DNA of 39,253 nucleotides from a virus. Below are positions 8,270 through 15,500 of the stretch, in pieces; position 1 is the first letter of the stretch; each line of letters opens with the position of its first letter. Under the pieces are notes generated by a model that ran no database searches, was not told the DNA's origin, and worked only from the letters and a program-made list of their open reading frames with translations. The stretch lies in the IMG/VR virus record IMGVR_UViG_3300037400_001181, positions 1 to 39,253 of that record. One strand, written 5' to 3'. The translations under genes were made by a program, and so were the position numbers.

Positions 8270-9157
8270 TCATGTAAATTCGAGCACAAAGTTTTCCGGC
8301 GTCACCACCACCGGCGTATTGTTTTTTGTGTTATAGGCGCTTGCCGCTTTAATGCCAACAGTCACCCCATTTTCATAAGGCACGCAGGAGGGAGTTCCCA
8401 AAGAGCTGACTGTTGCATTCTGTGCAATATACCCGCCTTCGATTTTGCGTCCTGTGATAATAGCCGTACTGTGGTTGGTGATTGTTACTCCAGTCACCCC
8501 CACGAGGGGGCGAGCCAACGGAAGATAAAAATATAGGTTCGTTCCACCGCCGGTGACACCACCGGCGCAATACATCCGCGTGATAGTCATCGTGTCTCCT
8601 GGACGTAGCGCATAATCGGTACCGGCAGGACCTTGCGGACCAGCGGGGCCTTGTGCTCCTACATCGCCCTTATCTCCCTTGGCACCGGTTGCCCCCTGCG
8701 GGATTTCAAATTCCAGCACGACATCCTGCTCGTCCCCAGAGTTGTACACGTTCGCAGCGCTGCCCGCCGGGAGCGTCGTCGTGCCGCCCACTTTCACGCT
8801 CACTGTGGTGGCAGCGCCAGTTCCCGCCAGGCTCAAGATGTAGACATAAGCAGATGTCTGCTTCAAGATTAGGTTGCCGTCATCGCTGGCCACCTTTGAC
8901 ACCTGGAAGTACTCCCCCAGCTTCTCGTCATCCACCACCCGGAACTGCAAAATCCCAGACCCGACATAGTCGGCACTGGGGATTGCGTAGCTAAAATTGG
9001 TCTGGTCGATGTCGATAGAGCTTCCTGCAATCTCCAATGTAGGATGCAGCGCCGTGTCAGCATGGATGTCCAGCACAACCTGGTTCGTGCCGTCGTTGAG
9101 ATTGCTCATCAGATCACACAAACCGCTCGCTGCATCGATATGTAGGATGTTTTTCAC
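8270..9157 (-). CDS. Collagen-like repeat tail-fibre-type protein
   Basis: 295 aa, GTG start after AAGGGGGG. Gly-X-Y run GATGAKGDKGDVGAQGPAGPQGPAG, followed by a globular C-terminal domain. Confidence 0.7.
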   Translation of the reverse strand: MKNILHIDAASGLCDLMSNLNDGTNQVVLDIHADTALHPTLEIAGSSIDIDQTNFSYAIPSADYVGSGILQFRVVDDEKLGEYFQVSKVASDDGNLILKQTSAYVYILSLAGTGAATTVSVKVGGTTTLPAGSAANVYNSGDEQDVVLEFEIPQGATGAKGDKGDVGAQGPAGPQGPAGTDYALRPGDTMTITRMYCAGGVTGGGTNLYFYLPLARPLVGVTGVTITNHSTAIITGRKIEGGYIAQNATVSSLGTPSCVPYENGVTVGIKAASAYNTKNNTPVVVTPENFVLEFT

Positions 9158-9321
9158 GCAAGGACACCCCCCTTATTTTCCACTTTTTGCATTTTATTAA
9201 AAACGTTCTGAATTTTCCTCATTTTTCGCAGATAAAATAACCTTTTTGGGCAATTCTGCGCGAAAGACCCTCACTTCTACAGTTTCTCTCATAGGAAATT
9301 TTTCCTCCACCTGGGGGGGGA

Positions 9322-10005
9322 CTATTTCCCGGATTTCCGCCACCAATCGTCGATATATTTTCGCCATTCACCGACGTCACGGCCATCCCTGCAATTCTTG
9401 AGCCTTGCAAGACATTCCGCCTGGCTGGACTCCACGTAAACCTCTCTAGCACCTAAGCTCCGCATCAGTCGTTCCCGCTCATTGACCAGCGGATAACCGC
9501 CGACCACGTAGGCGTTGCACCAGGAACCGCACCGATGCCGCACCATGTCCAGCAGCGTGTCACGGATGCCGAACACAACCGGCTTCAACCTGGCTGGCTT
9601 CTCGTATCGCTCCCGACCAGAGACGCATTGCCATATGCTGTCCACGTCTACGATGAGGTCACCCCATACAGCGACCTCATCCACGTATGTGCTCTTGCCG
9701 GACAGCGGACTGCCCCACACAAGATAGACCTGCCTGGTGATATGCCCCAGCTTGTTGTGTATCCGGTTGTGACACACATGGTGTACCAACACCACATTGT
9801 CCGGGTTCAGGGCAACAGCAGCGTCATTCACGTTGCGCTCAGTCAGCGCCGTCACATGATGCCCGATGCAGTCATACTTCCGAGTGATAGGCTCCCCGCA
9901 ATGAGCACAAATGATTTCCCCCTGCTCATTGACTCGCTCCATCTTGAGCGTTGCCAGCAGAGCACGCCACTCTTTTGACTGGTAGAAGTTATTGAGCGTG
10001 TACAT
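9322..10005 (-). CDS. HNH endonuclease fused to a P-loop NTPase/kinase-like domain
   Basis: HNH motifs CAHCGEPI...GHHV...NVVLVHHVCHNRIH, then Walker A GSPLSGKST. ATG at 10005 in a TGATG overlap with the upstream stop. Confidence 0.75.
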   Translation of the reverse strand: MYTLNNFYQSKEWRALLATLKMERVNEQGEIICAHCGEPITRKYDCIGHHVTALTERNVNDAAVALNPDNVVLVHHVCHNRIHNKLGHITRQVYLVWGSPLSGKSTYVDEVAVWGDLIVDVDSIWQCVSGRERYEKPARLKPVVFGIRDTLLDMVRHRCGSWCNAYVVGGYPLVNERERLMRSLGAREVYVESSQAECLARLKNCRDGRDVGEWRKYIDDWWRKSGK

Positions 10006-10355
10006 CACTTGACCTTCATGAATACAATTCTGATATCCAGATTACCGTCAGTCTTGTATCTCACATAATCCACCCTGATTGCACTATCATCCTTCGCGAC
10101 GGTCACGAAATTATGATCGGCCAGCCTGCCGGCCCCGTGAGTGTACGGGTATCTGAGTGTGGCATTTCCACGAACCATGTGGCTAATAAGTACATAATTT
10201 GCAAAGCTATCTATCCCCAATTCTTTTGCGGTCACAGTAAATGACCCCTCCACATTTGCCTGCAAATTCTTGACCGTTCTATCAATAACGACAAAATCAT
10301 TTTTGCTGACAACTTCCTTCAAGCACTTATTCTCGCCAATACCATACACAGCCAT
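10005..10355 (-). CDS. Hypothetical protein (116 aa)
   Basis: Clean ORF between the HTH protein and the HNH gene. Looks AT-richer than its neighbours. No motif recognised. Confidence 0.5.
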   Translation of the reverse strand: MAVYGIGENKCLKEVVSKNDFVVIDRTVKNLQANVEGSFTVTAKELGIDSFANYVLISHMVRGNATLRYPYTHGAGRLADHNFVTVAKDDSAIRVDYVRYKTDGNLDIRIVFMKVK

Positions 10356-10358
10356 AAA

Positions 10359-10877
10359 TCACCACTGTCCTTCCTCAATCTGTTTTTTCTTCAATTCCAA
10401 TTCTTCACGTTTCAGATCATATGCTGCCGGGTCATTCCACCAATTCCCTTTGTCGTAGTTCTTCAGCGCCAGGTTGATAGCGGCCACATCAGGCGCCATC
10501 TGTTTCCGATGCACCTCCGTCCGCACGACCCTAGACGTTGCAATCTCTTCTGGCTCGAAGCCGGCTTCCAGCAGCGCATCATACATCTCTTTCGGCCAGG
10601 TCACTTCCTCGCTGGTAACCTTCGATTCGGTGTATTCGTAACCCTTCGCCTTCCGGATGAGCGCCGACCTCAGGTCAGCTACTAAGCATTGCCGCCCCCT
10701 TTTAAGGGTTTCAGCCAATTCCGGATGCTTGTTCTTGTAATCGCACCATGTGCTGACACTGACCCCCAGAGACTTCGCGATTTGCTCCTCAGTCATCGTC
10801 TGACACATCTGCTCAATCCAGTTCAGGTGCGGCTTGATGTGCGTATCATATTTACTTTTTCGACCCGCTCTAGCCAT
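10359..10877 (-). CDS. HTH DNA-binding protein resembling gp3-type small terminase/packaging proteins
   Basis: Internal ATG at 10877: MARAGRKSKYDTHIKPHLNWIEQMCQTMTEEQIAKSLGVSVSTWCDYKNKHPE.... First gene after the terminator at 11059-11092. Confidence 0.5.
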   Translation of the reverse strand: MARAGRKSKYDTHIKPHLNWIEQMCQTMTEEQIAKSLGVSVSTWCDYKNKHPELAETLKRGRQCLVADLRSALIRKAKGYEYTESKVTSEEVTWPKEMYDALLEAGFEPEEIATSRVVRTEVHRKQMAPDVAAINLALKNYDKGNWWNDPAAYDLKREELELKKKQIEEGQW

Positions 10878-11058
10878 AGCAATCACCGCCTTTCGTAAGT
10901 GGAGTACCGCCGCAAAAACGATATGCGAGCGGTCAAGAAGAACTGCACTATCCCCTCTTGGCTCAACTTTGAAGCAGAAAAGGCGGGCGTCAATTTTTCC
11001 GCCGTCCTGCAAGCTGCGCTGAAATCCGCGTTGCACATCGCCGATAGACCTTGAAATC

Positions 11059-11092
11059 AAAACAGCTCTCGGAACAATCCGGGAGCTGTTTT
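11059..11092. terminator. Bidirectional intrinsic terminator-like hairpin
   Basis: aaaacagctc / gagctgtttt arms with an inner cgg/ccg pairing. A-run on one side and T-run on the other, so a U tract follows on either strand. Confidence 0.55.
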
Positions 11093-11257
11093 CTTATTTT
11101 CGTTCCCCTGTTTCGGCCGAGGATCGCCGCTTTGTGGCTGTTTTTGTTTGTTTGTCTCAACCCCCGCGCCCTCCCACTCTGGGGTGAGAGGGCGCGACAA
11201 CAGAAAAGAAAGGAGGAGCCACCACAGCGGTCGTCCGTTACCCGCTATGGGATGATA

Positions 11258-11728
11258 CTATTTTCTCACAGGTTTTGGGCTCTGTTGAGTGAACTTTTTT
11301 GTCCACTTCTTTTTGCGCACCTCATGCCTGGGCAAATAGCCCATGTAGAATGCGACCAAACGGATGAACTCTTGATGGAATTCCCGCGCCCGGTCATAGC
11401 TATACCCCACGTCCAGCGCGGCGCCTTGCAGCGTCCGCGTCCGCCGCCAGTATACCAGGTCGATGATTGCAAGCCTTGCGTCGCCCGTCCCCATCCTGGC
11501 TGTCTCCCGCACTGCGTCCGAAATCGCCCTGTAAACGGCGCAATCTCCGTCAGAGAGTCGTTCCATAGCCAACCGCTCCGCCGGCCGTCCTGCGCCGCCA
11601 CAGGACGTCTGGGCGGTATATTGCGCCGTCAGCCGGTTATCAGGCGTGCCATATCGCTGCCTCAGCTCCGGATACAGGCGGAGCGCCGCCTGTATAGCGC
11701 CCCACCACCAGTGCCCCCGTTTGCTCAT
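11258..11728 (-). CDS. RinA/ArpU-like late transcriptional activator
   Basis: ATG at 11728 follows GGGAGG. 156 aa with LYPELRQRY... and ...LAIIDLVYWRRTRTLQGAALDVGYSYDRAREFHQEFIRLVA (sigma region-4-like HTH). Position just before the packaging genes. Confidence 0.5.
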   Translation of the reverse strand: MSKRGHWWWGAIQAALRLYPELRQRYGTPDNRLTAQYTAQTSCGGAGRPAERLAMERLSDGDCAVYRAISDAVRETARMGTGDARLAIIDLVYWRRTRTLQGAALDVGYSYDRAREFHQEFIRLVAFYMGYLPRHEVRKKKWTKKFTQQSPKPVRK

Positions 11729-11942
11729 CGCGTGGTTCCTCCCTTCCGCTTTCGGTGCTCCCGCACGGTGCAGCCAGGGCCCGGCAGGCAAGGCCGCCGA
11801 TGCCCAACATCCAGGATGTAATGGCAACACTTCTGCGTGCCCACGGTAGATACCGTCCTGAAATGCACGCACTCTGCACAATATCGAGCCAAGCCCCGCC
11901 TGAAATAGATCGACTTCACTCCGCTCAAAACATCGCACCTCC

Positions 11943-14435
11943 TCAGACCACATCAAAGAGGCTAATATTATCCATGCTGGTATCCTCTTCCGCTGTCAGG
12001 TACCCAACGGCGTCCCGGTAATAGTCCGGGTTCAGTTCCGTCATGCAGCCCTGCCGCCCCATCCGGATTGCCACCAAGGGGACAGTCCCGATGCCGCCAA
12101 AGGGGTCATAAACCAAGTCCCCGGGGTTGGTATACCGGTTGATGAGCCGTTCCACCGTGTCCAGCTGTAACGGACAGACGTGCATCTGCTTCCGGCGGCG
12201 GCTCTGCTCCGTGTTCAGCGTGCGCATCCGGTTGATGTCGTCCCAGACGTCCATGTTCCAGCTGCCGGGCGCCACCACCATGAAGGTCGCTGGCAGACGC
12301 CCCTCTTCATCCAGCTTTTTTGCCAGGGCGACGTGTTCGGCATAGTCGTACACCGTGCCACGGCTGTGCTCCCGATAGGCCTTTTGCAGATTGCTCACCG
12401 GGATAGTCTCCAGCTCTTCTTTACTCACCAGCCTGTCGCCGCTGCTGCGCCAGTACCCATGGGCGTCCAGCTGCCACTGGGCACGAGTGTAGTCCTCTTT
12501 GGACTTGCGTACCGGATCATCTGCATACGCTTTCGAGCGGTTAGTGGGCAACTTCCGGAACAGCAGCACATATTCCGGGCAGCCCACGCCCATTTTTGTG
12601 CCGTCCTTGCACTGCTCCGTCCACCCCAGCCGGTAGGTCTGATTATTCTCCCGCACCACGTCGGTGATGATGGTGATCATGCCGAAGTAGGCGAACCCAT
12701 GCTTCATATAGTGCTGAATACACTGGGCGTGGAACGGCTCCATGGTAGGCATCCCCATGCCGGTCACGCTGCCGAACAGCACCCGGTCTTTGACGTGGAC
12801 GGCCATGACCCGCCCCGGCTTGAGGGTGCGCAGCAGGTGAGGTGTCAGGTAGTCCATCTGCTGGAAAAATCGGTTTGTGTCCTCGTTGTGCCCAAAATCG
12901 TTGTAGCTGGGTGTGTATTCGTAGTGATTGGAAAATGGGATAGATGTCAAGATCATATCCAGACTGTTCTCGCCCATCTTTGCGGTCTCCTCCACGCAGT
13001 CACCGTGAATGGCCGTCCAGTTCGTCCCTCGCTGTATCACGCTATCAACTCCTATGCTCCGCAGCATGGCCTGTTCCGCCGGAACACCGCCAATGCCGTA
13101 CTGCTTCAAAATCCCCTGCATCTTCTCCAGCAGGTATTCATGTTGCTTCCACTTTTCCATCAGCACCAGGTAGATGGCACTCTCTGCCTCCGTGTAGATC
13201 AGGTCGATGATGACCCGCTCCGTCTGCAAGAACCGGTAAATGCGGTGAATGGCCTGGATGAAGTCGTTGAACTCGTAGCTGATTCCTACGAAGATTGCCC
13301 GATGACAGTGGCGCTGGAAGTTACACCCGGAGCCGCTGAGGCTCTTCTTTGTGGCAAACAACCGGCATTCACCGTTGGCAAACTGCAACACCCGCTGTTC
13401 TCGCTTGTCGTAATCCATGGAACCGTAAATGTCCACCACACCGGGGATTGCCTTCTTGAGCGCGTGCCGTTCCGCCTCCAGGTCATGCCAGAGAATGAAA
13501 TGGGCATCTGGGTCGCTGGACACGATCTCCGCTGCCTTCGCTACTCTGGCGTCGATGCTCTCCCGCTTCTCCCGTGCTGCTTCCTTCAAGCTCATGGCCG
13601 TGTCACGATCCACCATGCGCTGACCGTCCGCTTCTTCCACCTGGTTATAATCGTGATAGATCACGTGAGTGCGGACTTCCAGTGGCGGCAGGTCATATCC
13701 CGCATCGTCATAGCCCAGGTCAGACGGTTTGGTGATGAACAACGCCCAGGTGCTCACCCACAGCCAAAATTCTTCTTCCTTGTGGGGATAAATCGTCAAG
13801 TTATTGGCTTTGGTGCTGTCGCGCTGGAAAAACCGGGTCAGTGCCTGTCCCGTGTCCATGATCTCCAGGTACCCAGCGTAGTGGATCAACTCTTTGTAGC
13901 GATTTGGGGACGGCGTGGCCGTGGAAACCAGCTTATACTTCACACCGCTGAACTTCTCCAGGAAGGTCTGATAGGTCTTGCTCCCAAACTCACGCAGCAC
14001 AGACGCTTCATCCAAGCTGGTGCAGCAGAAATACTGCGGGTCAATATCGCCGTCCCGCACCCGCTCATAGTTGGTCATCACCAGCGGCGCGCTGCACGCT
14101 TTGACTTCCGCCATGGTGCGCACATATACCGGCGGATCCATATGCAGCAGATCCTGAGCGTCTCGCACGAACTCCTGCCGGACGCCCAGCGGCAGCACCA
14201 GCAACGCCTGTCCACCCTCGTGACGCACTACCTGACGGCAAAATTCCAGCTCCTGCACTGTCTTGCCCAGGCCGAAGCTCTCAAACAGTGCCCGGCGTCC
14301 ACCATTCAGCGCCCAGCGAACAGCGTCTCTCTGGTGCGGCTTTAGAGCCGGGGATAAATCCTCGTCGGCGACCTCAAAGCCGCTGACCGGCGCTGTGACC
14401 ACCTTCGAGCGGAGGAAATCGAGATAGTCACCCAT
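11943..14435 (-). CDS. SNF2/SF2 helicase-like ATPase fused to a beta-class N6A/N4C DNA methyltransferase
   Basis: 830 aa. N-terminal half has FGLGKT (Walker A) and LDEAS (motif II). C-terminal half has TSIPF (motif IV) before DPFGGIGT (motif I). Confidence 0.85.
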   Translation of the reverse strand: MGDYLDFLRSKVVTAPVSGFEVADEDLSPALKPHQRDAVRWALNGGRRALFESFGLGKTVQELEFCRQVVRHEGGQALLVLPLGVRQEFVRDAQDLLHMDPPVYVRTMAEVKACSAPLVMTNYERVRDGDIDPQYFCCTSLDEASVLREFGSKTYQTFLEKFSGVKYKLVSTATPSPNRYKELIHYAGYLEIMDTGQALTRFFQRDSTKANNLTIYPHKEEEFWLWVSTWALFITKPSDLGYDDAGYDLPPLEVRTHVIYHDYNQVEEADGQRMVDRDTAMSLKEAAREKRESIDARVAKAAEIVSSDPDAHFILWHDLEAERHALKKAIPGVVDIYGSMDYDKREQRVLQFANGECRLFATKKSLSGSGCNFQRHCHRAIFVGISYEFNDFIQAIHRIYRFLQTERVIIDLIYTEAESAIYLVLMEKWKQHEYLLEKMQGILKQYGIGGVPAEQAMLRSIGVDSVIQRGTNWTAIHGDCVEETAKMGENSLDMILTSIPFSNHYEYTPSYNDFGHNEDTNRFFQQMDYLTPHLLRTLKPGRVMAVHVKDRVLFGSVTGMGMPTMEPFHAQCIQHYMKHGFAYFGMITIITDVVRENNQTYRLGWTEQCKDGTKMGVGCPEYVLLFRKLPTNRSKAYADDPVRKSKEDYTRAQWQLDAHGYWRSSGDRLVSKEELETIPVSNLQKAYREHSRGTVYDYAEHVALAKKLDEEGRLPATFMVVAPGSWNMDVWDDINRMRTLNTEQSRRRKQMHVCPLQLDTVERLINRYTNPGDLVYDPFGGIGTVPLVAIRMGRQGCMTELNPDYYRDAVGYLTAEEDTSMDNISLFDVV

Positions 14436-14772
14436 GCAGCGCTCCCCCCATCAGCTCCCGTGCGAAATTCAGCACCCGGTTCATCTTTTGTTCCCCGCGA
14501 TGGATGTTCCGGCAGATAGTGGACACGTTGATGTGCAGGCTCTGGCTGATCTGCTCATAGGTATATCCTTGCACGAAGTACAGTTCCAGACACTCAGCTT
14601 CCCGCTGGGTCACCTCCTGCCGCATCACACGGATGATGGTTCGCTGAACTCGACTCAGCATGAAATCCTTCTGCGCATCGGCCAGAGCGGGGATGTAATC
14701 CCCCAGCTCTGTCACATAAGCTGCGCTACGGCGGTATCTCGCGCCGTTCGTCCTTTTCTCGTTCTTCGCCAT
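14428..14772 (-). CDS. Sigma-70 region-4-like HTH protein
   Basis: 114 aa. REAECLELYFVQGYTYEQISQSLHINVSTICRNIHRGEQKM is typical of sigma-70 r4/ECF-type HTH. Confidence 0.6.
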   Translation of the reverse strand: MAKNEKRTNGARYRRSAAYVTELGDYIPALADAQKDFMLSRVQRTIIRVMRQEVTQREAECLELYFVQGYTYEQISQSLHINVSTICRNIHRGEQKMNRVLNFARELMGGALHG

Positions 14773-15221
14773 TATGTCTCCTCCTGTTCCATACTGTTCA
14801 ACGGCCGGATTTGGACAAAGATCCCTGGGATGTCCGCCCAGAACTTCTCCGCGACCTCGCTGGCCACTTGCGCGTCATCAAGCCAGAATCCCGTGACGGT
14901 CATGCAGTCCTTGAGCAGCTTCTGCAAGTTATCCGTGTCCGGCTTGGATGTCTTGTACTCTCCATCCCGGTGCCGTCCGCCCTTGTCTAACGGGAAGCAC
15001 CACTTGCATACCAGCTGCAATGCACCTTCCAAAGGCTCCACCGGCTTGTACTTGTCTAGGCGTCCCATCAGCTTCGCTCGTGCCGCCTTCAGCGCTGCCG
15101 GTTCGTAGAAGACCGGCTTGCCTTTGATCACCCTCACCTGCTTCTCCTGGTGCGTCGCCGTGGGTGGCACCATCGCCAGGAAAAATTGCACCATCGCCAT
15201 CGCAATCACCTCGACTTTCAT
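14772..15221 (-). CDS. rusA: RusA-family Holliday junction resolvase
   Basis: 149 aa. KPDTDNLQKLLKDCMTVTGFWLDDAQV matches the RusA catalytic-region pattern. GAGG RBS. Confidence 0.8.
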   Translation of the reverse strand: MKVEVIAMAMVQFFLAMVPPTATHQEKQVRVIKGKPVFYEPAALKAARAKLMGRLDKYKPVEPLEGALQLVCKWCFPLDKGGRHRDGEYKTSKPDTDNLQKLLKDCMTVTGFWLDDAQVASEVAEKFWADIPGIFVQIRPLNSMEQEET

Positions 15222-15239
15222 GTTCTTTACCTCACTAAA

Positions 15240-15500
15240 GTATCTTGTTCTCGGGAAATTTTGCTTTAGTCACGGACAGGGGAAGGAAGGACGGCGGCCT
15301 GCTTTCAGCCGCCTTTCTTTCCCCCGTGACCGTCAGGGAAGAAAACTTGTTTTACCCCCCTTTAGGGGGGTACTTTTTTCTTCCCTCGGAAAAAAGGGCG
15401 TTTTCCCCTTTTTTCTTTCCTGCAAAACCGAGGGAAAATAGGAGTCGTTTTTCCTTCCCTCCCTGGGAAAAATGAAAGTTTTCCTTCATTTTTCCCTCTC
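15240..15500. other. Non-coding hairpin/iteron-rich region (candidate replication origin)
   Basis: 62-nt imperfect hairpin at 15269-15330. Perfect inverted repeats at 15390-15414 and 15465-15496. Repeated GGGAAA(A)/TTTTCCC motifs. Lies between the primase-helicase and rusA genes. Confidence 0.4.
15353..15380 (+). terminator. Plus-strand intrinsic terminator-like hairpin
   Basis: tacccccc-ttta-ggggggta followed by cttttttc. The U tract exists only on the plus strand, although all flanking genes are on the minus strand. Confidence 0.5.

Noticed and set aside
8270-9157. Diversity-generating retroelement targeting the fibre genes
   Set aside because: No reverse transcriptase ORF exists anywhere in the window. 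I saw no template/variable repeat pair for this gene or for the fibre gene at 32498-33409.
12180-14345. 721-aa plus-strand ORF
   Set aside because: It lies entirely antisense to the helicase-methyltransferase gene, which has clear catalytic motifs. Its translation is the H/L/V/R/Q-rich low-information sequence typical of the antisense frame of a GC-rich gene. It has no RBS.
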